This document shows positions 36,682-45,801 of a DNA stretch of 64,000 bases, piece after piece. The position numbers and the translations under genes were made by a program. The notes below the pieces were generated by a model, which was not told where the DNA came from, did no database searches, and saw nothing but the letters and a program-made list of their open reading frames with translations. The stretch is taken from positions 659 through 64,658 of the forward strand of contig JBBQTI010000019.1 in NCBI GenBank assembly GCA_038213435.1, given 5' to 3'. The stretch comes from Acidimicrobiia bacterium (GTDB taxonomy: Bacteria; Actinomycetota; Acidimicrobiia; IMCC26256; PALSA-610). Position 1 is the first letter of the stretch. The number at the start of each line of letters is the position of its first letter.

Positions 36682-37815
36682 ATGCCCAGCGAGGCGCACA
36701 CCGGGGGCCTCGGCGAGGCCCAGGTGATCGAAGCCCTGCGCCCGGTCGAGGACCCCGAGATCCATCGCTCGATCGTCGAGCTGAACATGGTGCGCGGGAT
36801 CCAGATCGACGCCGGGAAGGTCACGGTGACCATCGCGTTGACCGTTGCCGGCTGCCCGATGCGGGCGGAGATCATCCGGTTGGTCACCGACGCGCTGATG
36901 CCGCTCGAGGGGGTCTCGCACGTCGACGTCGAGCTCGGCGTGATGACCGACCAGGAGCGTGCGGCCGTCTCGCAGCAGCTCCAGGGCGGCCAGGGCCACG
37001 ACGGTCAGGAACACCGAACCAACCCCTTCACCGATTCCAACACCCGTGTGCTCGCGATCTCCTCGGGCAAGGGCGGGGTCGGCAAATCGTCGGTCACGAC
37101 GAACCTCGCGGTCGCCCTGGCCCAGCGGGGTCACAAGGTCGCTGCCATCGACGCCGACGTCTGGGGATTCTCGATGCCCCGCATGCTCGGCATCGACCGT
37201 CCGCCGACGGTGATCGACGACGTCATCGTCCCGCCCGACGCGAACGGGGTGACGCTGATCTCGATGGGGTTCTTCGCGCGCGAAGACCAACCGGTCGTAT
37301 GGCGTGGTCCGATGCTGCACAAGGCGCTCGAGCAGTTCCTCACCGACGTCCATTGGGGTGAACCCGACTACCTCATCGTCGACATGCCGCCGGGCACGGG
37401 CGACATCGCGTTGTCGATGGCGCAGTTCCTGCCGCGCGCGGAGGTCATCGTCGTCACCACGCCTCAGCCGGCGGCGCAGAAGGTCGCTCAGCGCGCCGCG
37501 TACATGGCGCGCAAGGTGAATCTCCAGGTGGTCGGGGTCATCGAGAACATGTCGTGGTTCCTCTGCGATCACGGCAGCGAGTACCGCTTGTTCGGCGAGG
37601 GCGGCGGCAAGGAGCTCGCCGACCAGCTCGAGGTGCCGCTGCTCGGGCAGGTTCCCCTGGTGCCCGAGCTGCGCGCCGGGGCCGACTGCGGCGAGCCGAT
37701 CGTGGTCACCCATCCCGACGACCCCGCCTCGCAGGTGTTCGGCGCGATCGCCGAGCGACTCGACGTCGAGCTCGCGCCGAAGCGCATCTACCGAACCCAG
37801 CTCAAGATCGTCTGA
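36682..37815 (+). CDS. mrp: Mrp/ApbC/NBP35-family Fe-S cluster carrier ATPase
   Basis: 377 aa. N-terminal DUF59-like domain (VEDPEIHRSIVELNMV). Deviant Walker A SGKGGVGKSS. Confidence 0.9.
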   Translation: MPSEAHTGGLGEAQVIEALRPVEDPEIHRSIVELNMVRGIQIDAGKVTVTIALTVAGCPMRAEIIRLVTDALMPLEGVSHVDVELGVMTDQERAAVSQQLQGGQGHDGQEHRTNPFTDSNTRVLAISSGKGGVGKSSVTTNLAVALAQRGHKVAAIDADVWGFSMPRMLGIDRPPTVIDDVIVPPDANGVTLISMGFFAREDQPVVWRGPMLHKALEQFLTDVHWGEPDYLIVDMPPGTGDIALSMAQFLPRAEVIVVTTPQPAAQKVAQRAAYMARKVNLQVVGVIENMSWFLCDHGSEYRLFGEGGGKELADQLEVPLLGQVPLVPELRAGADCGEPIVVTHPDDPASQVFGAIAERLDVELAPKRIYRTQLKIV

Positions 37816-37832
37816 CGGCTAGGGTCCAACGC

Positions 37833-38063
37833 ATGGAAGTACGCATCGGCGTGGTGTACACGGCTCGCGAGCTCACCGTCGAGACCGACGACTCGGTCGA
37901 CGGTGTGACCGCCGCCATCGAGGGCGCGATGTCGAAGGGCGACTCGTTGTTGTGGCTCACCGATACGAAGGGGCGACGCATCGGGGTGCCGGTCGACAAG
38001 ATCGCCTACGTCGAGGTCGCGGCCGATGCGGGCGGCCGCAAGGTCGGCTTCGGCGCGAGCTAG
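37833..38063 (+). CDS. DUF3107-like small conserved actinobacterial protein
   Basis: 76 aa: MEVRIGVVYTARELTVETDD...LWLTDTKGRRIGVPVDKIAYVEV. In-frame tail of ORF 37554..38063. Confidence 0.75.
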   Translation: MEVRIGVVYTARELTVETDDSVDGVTAAIEGAMSKGDSLLWLTDTKGRRIGVPVDKIAYVEVAADAGGRKVGFGAS

Positions 38064-38076
38064 CGCGCACGCCATC

Positions 38077-39045
38077 GTGAACGGGCCCGCGCCCGAGCTG
38101 CTCGACCGAAGGCTTCTCCTCTTCACCGGCAAGGGCGGGGTCGGCAAGAGCACGATGGCCGCGGCCACCGCGCTCCTCGCGTCGAGCATCGGCAAGCGCG
38201 TGCTTCTCGTCGAGGTCGACGCCAAGGGCGACATCCCCGCGCAGTTCGAGCACTCGCCGGTCGGGTTCACCCCGCGGGAGATTCACCCGGGCGTGCTCGC
38301 GATGGCGATGGACACCGAAGCCTCGTTGCAGGAATACCTGCGCCTCAATCTCCGGGTACCCGTGATCGGAAGGATCGGGCCCCTCGCGCGCGTTCTCGAC
38401 TTCGTCGCGACCGCGGCGCCCGGCGTCAAGGAGATACTTACGATCGGCAAGATCCTGTGGGAGGTGCGAGAAGCGATCGAGGGACGGGCCGACTTCGACA
38501 TGGTGGTGGTCGACGCGGCCGCGACCGGTCACATCGTCGCCCAGCTGGGCGCGGCCGATGCCATCCGCGAGCTGGTCGACGTCGGGCCACTGCGCTCCCA
38601 GACGCAGTGGTTGTCCGAGCTGCTCGCCGACCCGACCATCACCGCCGTCAACGTCGTCACCACGCCCGAAGAGATGCCCGTCGCGGAGACGATCGAGCTC
38701 GTCGACCATCTCCGGCGCGAAGTGAACGTGCCGCTCGGCAGTGTGGTCGTCAATCGGGTGCTGCCCGAGCTTTTCACCCGCGGCGACGAGGAGACGTTCG
38801 ACGCGTTGAGCGCACCGCAATCCCGCGATCTTCTGACCGCCCGCGTCGGGCGCGGTGCGACCGATGTCCTGGATGCGGCCCGGCTCGCGGTCTCGATGCG
38901 GCGCATCGGCGCGACCCATCTCGAGCATCTCCGACAGTCGGTCGACCTGTCGCTCCTTTACGTGCCGTACCTGTTCGTGCGCGCGCACGGCCTGCGCGTG
39001 ACGCGCATGGTGGCCGACGCGCTGGGCGCGGAGCTGGGCCTGTGA
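38077..39045 (+). CDS. ArsA/Get3-like ATPase (first of a pair)
   Basis: ORF 38026..39045 trimmed to GTG 38077. P-loop GKGGVGKST. Confidence 0.85.
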   Translation: MNGPAPELLDRRLLLFTGKGGVGKSTMAAATALLASSIGKRVLLVEVDAKGDIPAQFEHSPVGFTPREIHPGVLAMAMDTEASLQEYLRLNLRVPVIGRIGPLARVLDFVATAAPGVKEILTIGKILWEVREAIEGRADFDMVVVDAAATGHIVAQLGAADAIRELVDVGPLRSQTQWLSELLADPTITAVNVVTTPEEMPVAETIELVDHLRREVNVPLGSVVVNRVLPELFTRGDEETFDALSAPQSRDLLTARVGRGATDVLDAARLAVSMRRIGATHLEHLRQSVDLSLLYVPYLFVRAHGLRVTRMVADALGAELGL

Positions 39046-40259
39046 ACGCGCGCCGGCCCGGGCCCCACGCGGCGGTCACGCTCGACCAGTTGCTTGCCGC
39101 CAAGGAGATCGTCGTCTTCTGTGGGTCGGGCGGCGTCGGCAAGACCTCGGTCGCGGCGGCCGCCGCGCTCGGAGCGACGGTCCATCTCGGCGGCAAAGTG
39201 CTCGTGCTCACGATCGACCCGGCGCGCCGTCTCGCGACGGCGCTCGGGCTCGAGGGTCTCGGCAATCGCGCGCACCGCGTCCCACCGGAAGTGCTGAAGG
39301 CCGCGGGGATCGAAGCGCGCGGCGAGCTCTGGGCGGCGATGCTCGACACCAAGCAGTCGTGGGACGACCTCGTGCTGCGGCACGCGCCCGACGAGGTCAC
39401 CGCATATCGCATCCTCGAGAACCGGCTTTACCACAACCTCACCGCGCGGTTCGTGCAGAGTCACGACTACATCGCGATGGAGCGGCTGTTCGAGATCCAC
39501 GCGAGTGGCGAGTACGACCTCATCGTGATCGACACCCCCCCGACCCGCAACGCGATCGACTTCCTCGATGCGCCCGCGCGGATGGCGGACTTCTTCGGGA
39601 GCAGGCTGCTGCGCTGGCTCACGTTGCCTTACCGCGTGGGCGGTAAGCGTGGTAGTCGCGTGTTCAATGTCGCCAGTCGACCGTTTTACCAGATGGCCGA
39701 CCGCATTCTCGGCAGCCAGTTCCTTCAGGACATTGCCGAGTTCTTCCTGAACTTCCAGTCGATGTACTCCGGATTCGTCACGCGCGCGAAGGCGGTCGAG
39801 CGCCTGCTACACGACAAGCGCACGACCTTCGCCGTGGTGACGACCCTCGAGGCGGCGCCGCTCTACGAGGCCGAGCGGTTCTGCGCGGCCCTGCTCGAGC
39901 GCGACTTCCATCTCGGCGCCCTCGTGCTCAACAAAACGCTCCCCGACTCGTTGCGCGACCCCGACGGGGCCGCGGCCGCGGCCGCCTGCATCGACGAGGC
40001 CGGTCTCATCGCGGACGCACTGGTCGAGGCGGGCGATCCCGCGCTCGCCGACCGCGACCGCACCGCCCGCGTGTTGCGAACCGTCGGGGAGTCGTACCGG
40101 AACTTCTCGGTCGTGGCGATGCGCGAGGCAGAGCTGCGCGCGGAGCTTGCGCGCGTTCCCGATGTCGTTGCGCGTGTCCCGACCCTGGCCGACGACGTCA
40201 GCGACGTCGAGGGTCTCGCTTCGATCAGCCGCTACCTTTTCCACGGCGAGGCGACGTGA
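39042..40259 (+). CDS. ArsA/Get3-like ATPase (second of a pair)
   Basis: In-frame tail of ORF 38457..40259 from GTG 39042 (GTGA overlap). P-loop GSGGVGKTS, then IVIDTPPTRNAIDFL. Confidence 0.85.
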   Translation: MNARRPGPHAAVTLDQLLAAKEIVVFCGSGGVGKTSVAAAAALGATVHLGGKVLVLTIDPARRLATALGLEGLGNRAHRVPPEVLKAAGIEARGELWAAMLDTKQSWDDLVLRHAPDEVTAYRILENRLYHNLTARFVQSHDYIAMERLFEIHASGEYDLIVIDTPPTRNAIDFLDAPARMADFFGSRLLRWLTLPYRVGGKRGSRVFNVASRPFYQMADRILGSQFLQDIAEFFLNFQSMYSGFVTRAKAVERLLHDKRTTFAVVTTLEAAPLYEAERFCAALLERDFHLGALVLNKTLPDSLRDPDGAAAAAACIDEAGLIADALVEAGDPALADRDRTARVLRTVGESYRNFSVVAMREAELRAELARVPDVVARVPTLADDVSDVEGLASISRYLFHGEAT

Positions 40260-41716
40260 GTACGCTCGAGGATCTCGCGGTGGCGCGTACCGCGCTGTCG
40301 GGTAGAGATCTCGTGCACATGGAACGCCTCGTCTCGTCGTGGCGACACCTCGCCGACCTGTCGTTTGCCGATCTGTTGCTGCTGGCGCCGATCGCAGGTG
40401 AGGATGGGCACCGTTTCGTGGTGCTCGCCCAAGTGCGGCCGGTCACCGGCCAGACCAATTACCCGCAGGACCTCGTCGGCACCGTCGTCGACGAGGTGGA
40501 ACGGCCCTTGTACGCGCGATGCTGGCGGGCGGCCGACATCGTCCGCGGTGATACGGCCACACTCGGGTCGAAGGATCGCGTGCGAGTACAGGTGATCCCG
40601 GTTCGGCGCGCCGACGCGCTCATCGGAATCGTCACGCGCGAGGAGTCGATGACGCTCGCCCGGCGTTCGGGCGAGCTCGAGCGCACCTACTTCGACGTGT
40701 TCGATCGGTTCGCCCGAATGATCGCCGACGGCACGTTTCCGTTCGACGTCGACGAGGTGGAGATGGAGAGCGCGCCTCGCGTCGGTGACGGCGTCATCGT
40801 GATCGATGTCGAGACGCGAGTGAAGTTCGCGAGTCCGAACGCGGTGAGCTCGCTGCATCGCATGGGTATTCACGCGTATGCACAGTCGCAGCGGCTGATC
40901 GACGTCGGCTTCGACGACACTGCGGCGCGCAGCGCGATGCTCTTGCATCTTCCAGTGGCCGAGGAGATCGAGCGAGGCGATGTGTCGGTGCTGGTGCGGG
41001 TCTTGCCGCTCGTCGACCGGAAACAGCCCGCCGGCGCACTCGTGCTCCTGCGTGACGTCAGCGACCTCCGCCGGCGCGATCGTCTGCTGCTCTCGAAGGA
41101 CGCCACGATCCGCGAGATCCATCACCGGGTGAAGAACAACCTCCAGACGATCGCGTCGCTCTTACGGCTCCAGGGTCGGCGACTGCAGTCGCCCGAGGCG
41201 CGTGCCGCGCTCGCCGAGTCCGAACGGCGGATTCGTTCCATCGCGATCGTGCACGAGACGCTGTCGCGGGAGGCGGGCGACGTCGTGTCACTCAACGAGA
41301 TCGTGCGTCCGCTCGCGCGGCTCGTCGAGGAGACCACTTCGACGCCCGAGCACACCATTCGGTTCAAGGTAGAGGGCGACGCGGGCGAGTTGCCCGGTGA
41401 GGTCGCGACACCGCTCGCGGTCGTCCTCAACGAGCTCATGCAGAACGCGGTCGATCACGCGTTTCCCGAAGGCGGAAGCGACGCGCTCGTCGAGGTGACG
41501 CTCGGGCGAACCGATGGGCACGTCGAGATCGAGGTGCGCGACAACGGCAAGGGTCTACCCGACGAGTTCACGCTCGAGGGGTCGGGCGGTCTCGGTCTCT
41601 CGATCGTGCAGGCGCTCGTGACGAGTGAGCTGCAGGGCTCCATCGAGATGAACGACGACGACGGCACGTCCGTGCGCGTCCGCGTGCCGGTCGAGATGCC
41701 CCGTATAGACCTCTAA
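40256..41716 (+). CDS. pdtaS: Soluble sensor histidine kinase, PdtaS-like (GAF/PAS N-terminal region, HisKA_2-type H-box, HATPase)
   Basis: 486 aa with no TM. H-box IHHRVKNNLQTIASLLRLQ. ATPase N/G boxes ELMQNAVDHAF, DNGKGLP, GLGLSIV. Confidence 0.8.
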   Translation: MSTLEDLAVARTALSGRDLVHMERLVSSWRHLADLSFADLLLLAPIAGEDGHRFVVLAQVRPVTGQTNYPQDLVGTVVDEVERPLYARCWRAADIVRGDTATLGSKDRVRVQVIPVRRADALIGIVTREESMTLARRSGELERTYFDVFDRFARMIADGTFPFDVDEVEMESAPRVGDGVIVIDVETRVKFASPNAVSSLHRMGIHAYAQSQRLIDVGFDDTAARSAMLLHLPVAEEIERGDVSVLVRVLPLVDRKQPAGALVLLRDVSDLRRRDRLLLSKDATIREIHHRVKNNLQTIASLLRLQGRRLQSPEARAALAESERRIRSIAIVHETLSREAGDVVSLNEIVRPLARLVEETTSTPEHTIRFKVEGDAGELPGEVATPLAVVLNELMQNAVDHAFPEGGSDALVEVTLGRTDGHVEIEVRDNGKGLPDEFTLEGSGGLGLSIVQALVTSELQGSIEMNDDDGTSVRVRVPVEMPRIDL

Positions 41717-41729
41717 CCGGCGCTCGCGC

Positions 41730-42035
41730 TCACGCCATGCGGGTGGCGGGGCCGGTTGCTGCGACGACGTCGAGACCTTTGCGCAGCCGGCGACGCTCGT
41801 CTTCGGTCGTGCCGCCCCAGACGCCGGCCTCCTGGTTCGTCGCGAGCGCGAACTCGAGGCACTGGCTCGACACGGGGCACTCGACACACACCTGCTTGGC
41901 CGCGTCGATCTGGTCGAGCGCAAGGCCGGTCGTACCGATCGGGAAGAACAGCTCGGGGCTCGTATCGCGACAAGATGCCCGGTCGCGCCAGTCCTCGGCG
42001 TCCCAATCGTGGGTTCGAATCCAGGTCAACGCCAC
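41730..42035 (-). CDS. whiB: WhiB-family [4Fe-4S] transcription factor (WhiB1-like)
   Basis: ORF 41730..42830 trimmed to GTG 42035, 6 nt after AGGGGGA. Cys pattern SCRD...VCVECPVSSQC, GVWGG turn, basic tail. Confidence 0.9.
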   Translation of the reverse strand: MALTWIRTHDWDAEDWRDRASCRDTSPELFFPIGTTGLALDQIDAAKQVCVECPVSSQCLEFALATNQEAGVWGGTTEDERRRLRKGLDVVAATGPATRMA

Positions 42036-42086
42036 TTGTCTTCCCCCTTGCTGGGTCGCGCAGCTGTGGCGGGCCCCGCCGCTGCT

Positions 42087-42102
42087 TGTGCGCCCGATCA
42101 CA
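42087..42102. promoter_or_regulatory. CRP/FNR-type binding-site-like palindrome upstream of whiB
   Basis: TGTGC-GCCCGA-TCACA, matching the TGTGA-N6-TCACA architecture, 52-67 nt upstream of the whiB GTG. Confidence 0.45.
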
Positions 42103-42239
42103 AATAGCGCCTTATGCGCTACTTCCAAAGGCATTCGCAGGCTAACGGGCAAAACGCGGTGGCGGCAAGGGGTTGAGCAGGACTTTCGCGCGGCTGGGTG
42201 GAACGTGTTTCGGTCCACGCCTCCGTAGGCTGCGCCGGG

Positions 42240-43001
42240 ATGCTCGATCGTCCGCTCGTCCTGGGTCACCGGGGCGCGTCGCACGCTCGGCCCGAGAACA
42301 CCTTGGCCGCGTTCGCGATGGCGCGTGAGCTCGGCGCCGACGGCGTGGAGCTCGACGCCAGGCGTTCGGCCGACGGCCGGATCGTGGTGCACCACGATCC
42401 GGGCGTCGAGGGCTTCGGGCTCATCGCCGAACACGGGTTCACGGCTCTGCGCGTGGCGCATCCCGAGATTCCGACGCTCGCCGAAGCCCTCCAGGCGTGC
42501 GCGGGGATGATCGTCAACGTCGAGATCAAGTGCCTTCCGTGGGAGCCCGACGCCGATACTGATCGGGTCGTCGTGCGTGCCGTCGGCGAGATCGTGCGGG
42601 AGGCGGCGCGGCCGGGCACACCGGGTTCCGAGTTCATCGTCTCGTCGTTCGACCTGGGCGCGGTCGACGCCAGCCTCGCCTTCGCGCCGGAGATCACGAC
42701 CGGGTGGCTGACGAGCGGCCAGGAGATCGCGACGGCGGGCCCGATCGCAATTGAGCATGGCCACGCGTGGCTGAACCCTGATCGCGTCTCGGCGTTGCGC
42801 GCGTCGCCGGAGGAGATCGCCGGCGCCCAACGATCGGGGCTTCGGCTCAGTGTCTGGACGGTCGACGAGCCGAACGAGATCGCGACGCTCGCGGCGGTCG
42901 GCGTCGACGCGATCATCACCGATGTCCCGGACGTCGCCCTCGACGCGCTCAGACGACCGCGCTCGAACAACAACGCCAGTTCTAAGGAATCACGACGGTA
43001 A
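42240..43001 (+). CDS. Glycerophosphodiester phosphodiesterase
   Basis: ORF 42198..43001 trimmed to ATG 42240. LGHRGAS...ENTLAAF, GVELDARRSADGRIVVHHD. Confidence 0.85.
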   Translation: MLDRPLVLGHRGASHARPENTLAAFAMARELGADGVELDARRSADGRIVVHHDPGVEGFGLIAEHGFTALRVAHPEIPTLAEALQACAGMIVNVEIKCLPWEPDADTDRVVVRAVGEIVREAARPGTPGSEFIVSSFDLGAVDASLAFAPEITTGWLTSGQEIATAGPIAIEHGHAWLNPDRVSALRASPEEIAGAQRSGLRLSVWTVDEPNEIATLAAVGVDAIITDVPDVALDALRRPRSNNNASSKESRR

Positions 43002-43932
43002 GTGCGTCGGGTTCGTATTCGATGTCGAGCTGCTCGGTGTCGCCGGCGTCGTCGCCGTCGACCTGGTAGGCGAAGGGCGCGCGGCCGCGTACGAGGATCC
43101 GATGCAGATCGTGCCGGTGGTCGATTCCCCGATGGTGAGCCAGGAACCGACCCTTTCGCATCGCCGATGCGGCGCTGGCGAGCAGGGTCAACGTGTCGAG
43201 CGTGTGGAACGCGGTGAGCGCGAGTGGTCGGTCGAGGCCCGCATCGGGCGCGATCGCCAGGGGCAGACGTCCGAGAAACGTATAGGGGTCGGTCTTGGAG
43301 ACGATCGCGAAGCGCGCCCCTTCGATCACCTCGCCGGTATCGAGCTCGAGGTCGATCTGCGTGCGCGTGCCCTCATTGCGGAACAAGGTCTCGAAGGTGG
43401 CCGCGATGTGCAGCGGATGGGAGAAATGACGCTTCAACTCGCCGTAGCGTTCGACGCGTCGGATCACGGCAGCGTCGAATCCGAACCCTGTGTTGAAGAG
43501 AAACGGTCTGCGGTTCGCGCGGCCGACACCGATGCGCTTCGTCGCGCCGCGCGCGAGCGACCCCAGCAGTTCATGGGTGGCGTCGATTCCATCGGTCGCG
43601 AAGCCGAGAGTTCGCGCGTAGACGTTCGTCGAGCCTCCGGGTAGCGGCGCCAGCGCAGTATCGGTGTGCAAGAGACCGTCGGCCGCTTCGTTCAGCGTGC
43701 CGTCTCCCGCGAGTACCACGACGACGTCGAATCCGTCGTTCGCGGCCGCGCGCGCAAGTCGCGTCGCGTGGCCGCGGCGCGACGTCTCGGCGACCTCGAC
43801 CTCATGCCGCGCGGCGAGCAGCTTGCGGATCATCACGCGCTTGCGAGCCGTGACGGACGAGGCGGTCGCGTTTACGAGGAGCAGGAGCCGCACCGCCGGA
43901 GGGTATCGGCGCGGGCGCCCGTAGGCTCGCAC
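42982..43932 (-). CDS. Diacylglycerol/lipid kinase family protein
   Basis: 316 aa. VVVLAGDGTLNEA and PLPGGSTNVYAR. GTG 43893 (VRLLLLVN) is a likelier start. Confidence 0.85.
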   Translation of the reverse strand: MRAYGRPRRYPPAVRLLLLVNATASSVTARKRVMIRKLLAARHEVEVAETSRRGHATRLARAAANDGFDVVVVLAGDGTLNEAADGLLHTDTALAPLPGGSTNVYARTLGFATDGIDATHELLGSLARGATKRIGVGRANRRPFLFNTGFGFDAAVIRRVERYGELKRHFSHPLHIAATFETLFRNEGTRTQIDLELDTGEVIEGARFAIVSKTDPYTFLGRLPLAIAPDAGLDRPLALTAFHTLDTLTLLASAASAMRKGRFLAHHRGIDHRHDLHRILVRGRAPFAYQVDGDDAGDTEQLDIEYEPDALTVVIP

Positions 43933-43934
43933 CC

Positions 43935-44648
43935 GTGCCGACCCGCGACCTTCGAGCGTTGACCGCCGAGATCGTGGCCTGTCGCGCGTGCCCGAGGCTG
44001 GTGGCGTGGCGCGAGGCGGTCGCCCGTGAGAAGCGCGCCGCCTATCGCGACGAGGTGTATTGGGGTCGACCGGTGCCGGGCTTCGGTGATCGCCACGCCC
44101 GGCTCCTGCTCGTCGGCCTCGCGCCCGCGGCTCACGGCGGAAATCGCACCGGAAGGGTGTTCACCGGCGATCGGTCGGGCGACTTCCTCTTCGCGTCACT
44201 GCATCGCACGGGATACGCGAACCGACCCGAGTCGATCCGCGCCGGCGACGGCCTCGAGCTCACCGACGCCTACGTCGCCGCGGCTGTCCGGTGCGCGCCA
44301 CCTGCGAACAAACCGACGCCGCGAGAGCGCGACACGTGCATGCCGTACCTCGTGCGCGAGCTGCAGTTGCTCACGCAGCTACGTGTGATCGTCGTACTGG
44401 GCGCGTTCGGGTACGAAGCAACCTGGGCGACGCTGCGCGCGGCCGCGCTCCCCGGCGTTGCCCTTCCGGCCCGGCGGCCGCGCTTCGCGCACGGCCTCGA
44501 GGTGCCGTGTGGGCTCGTCACGGTGGTCGGCGCGTTTCACCCAAGCCAGCAGAACACCTTTACCGGCAAGCTCACACGCGACATGCTCGACGACGTGTTC
44601 GTCCGGACCCGTCAACTGATCCATGCCAACGCCTCACCGGCACCGTAG
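43935..44648 (+). CDS. Uracil-DNA glycosylase superfamily protein (family 5/UdgB-like)
   Basis: 237 aa. CxxC at the N-terminus (CRACPRL). GLAPAAHGGNRTGRVFTGD. HPSQQN. Confidence 0.85.
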   Translation: MPTRDLRALTAEIVACRACPRLVAWREAVAREKRAAYRDEVYWGRPVPGFGDRHARLLLVGLAPAAHGGNRTGRVFTGDRSGDFLFASLHRTGYANRPESIRAGDGLELTDAYVAAAVRCAPPANKPTPRERDTCMPYLVRELQLLTQLRVIVVLGAFGYEATWATLRAAALPGVALPARRPRFAHGLEVPCGLVTVVGAFHPSQQNTFTGKLTRDMLDDVFVRTRQLIHANASPAP

Positions 44649-45412
44649 ATCAACGCGATGATCCCGAGCGCGGACCCGACGCTGTAGCGCAGCATCCGAT
44701 CGCTCGCGTTGATCGTGAAGTGCGCACCGATGCGCGCGCCCGGGATGACGCCCACCGCGAGCGCGCCCGCGAATGTCCAGTCGATGTGCCCGAGGTACCA
44801 GTGGGTCAGCGTGCCCGGGATCGCGAAGATCCCGACGCACGCGAGCGAGGTCGCGATGGTCTCCCTCAACGGCATGCCTACCCAGGCGGAGAACGCCGGG
44901 ACCATGAGGATGCCGCCGCCGATCCCGAGCAGGCCCGAGAGCGCGCCGGCGGCCGCTCCGATGATCGCGAGGCGCCACCATTCGTCGTCGTGCGGCGTGC
45001 CGGCGCGCCCGAGGGTGCGAACGGTCGGGAACGCAGTGCGGTAGGCGGTGTACGCGATCAGCGCCGCGGTCAGGATCATGAGCGCGTGACCATTGCCCGG
45101 GACCGCGCCCGAGAGGCGGGAGCCCACGACCGACGCGGGAACGCCGAACGCGGAGGTGAGCGCCACGACGCGCGGCAGAATGAATTTCTCGCGGTGGTAC
45201 CGGAGCGATCCCGAGATCGACGACGGCAAGATCGACGGGAGGGTCGAGCCGATCGCCTGGAGCGCCGTCGCGCCCAGGGCGCGAATGGCGGGCGTGGAGA
45301 CGACGGCCCCACCGATGCCGAACATGCCCGACAACACGCCGGTTACGACGCCGACGAGCACCGTAAGCGCGATCTCGAGCCACAACGGCACCTCGGGAAG
45401 GTACCGGAGCAA
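44612..45412 (-). CDS. TauE/SafE (DUF81) family anion-exporter membrane protein
   Basis: 266 aa with a TTG start. Duplicated glycine-rich segments GMFGIGGAVVSTP and GLLGIGGGILMVP. Confidence 0.85.
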   Translation of the reverse strand: MLRYLPEVPLWLEIALTVLVGVVTGVLSGMFGIGGAVVSTPAIRALGATALQAIGSTLPSILPSSISGSLRYHREKFILPRVVALTSAFGVPASVVGSRLSGAVPGNGHALMILTAALIAYTAYRTAFPTVRTLGRAGTPHDDEWWRLAIIGAAAGALSGLLGIGGGILMVPAFSAWVGMPLRETIATSLACVGIFAIPGTLTHWYLGHIDWTFAGALAVGVIPGARIGAHFTINASDRMLRYSVGSALGIIALIYGAGEALAWIS

Positions 45413-45413
45413 C

Positions 45414-45764
45414 AGCGGAGCCGACCGGATGGGAGCAGCGGAGCCGACCAGGAGCGGCAGCGGAGCCGACCAGGGAGCGGCAGCGGAGCCGACCGCTTGG
45501 AGGCGCAGCGCGAGCGACCGATAGACAGGGAGGCGCAGCGCGAGCGACCAATAGACAGGGAGCGGCAGCGGAGCCGACCAGGGAGCGGTAGCGGAGCCGA
45601 CCAGGGAGCGGCAGCGGAGCCGACCAGGGAGCGGTAGCGGAGCCGCCGGCTTGGAGGCGCAGCGCGAGCGACCAATAGAGATGGAGGCGCAGCGCGAGCG
45701 ACCAATAGACAGGGAGGCGCAGCGCGAGCGACCAATACACAGGGAGGCGGAGCGCGAGCGACCC
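45414..45764. repeat. Composite tandem-repeat array of 22-25-nt A units and 30-nt B units
   Basis: A consensus is AGCGGAGCCGACCAGGGAGCGGC, starting at 45414, 45437, 45459, 45482, 45567, 45590, 45613 and 45636. B consensus is AGCGCGAGCGACCAATAGACAGGGAGGCGC, starting at 45507, 45537, 45661, 45691 and 45721, with a partial unit at 45751. Order is AAAA'BB AAAA'BBB(b). Confidence 0.9.
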
Positions 45765-45801
45765 CCATGAGAATCACGCCGCGAACCGGTACGCTCGTCG
45801 G

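Noticed and set aside
42005-42030. T-loop-like GGTTCGAATCC, suggesting a tRNA
   Set aside because: The flanking bases cannot form a T stem or acceptor stem. The sequence lies inside the whiB coding region (THDWD codons).
44634-45740. 368-aa minus-strand ORF reading through the repeat array (YWSLALRL... repeats)
   Set aside because: Its periodic peptide is simply the translation of the 30-nt DNA repeat. The 22-25-nt units break any consistent frame, and the rest overlaps the TauE gene out of frame.
45414-45764. Possible CRISPR array
   Set aside because: The repeats are directly abutting with no unique spacers, two unit types alternate in blocks, and there are no cas genes in the window.
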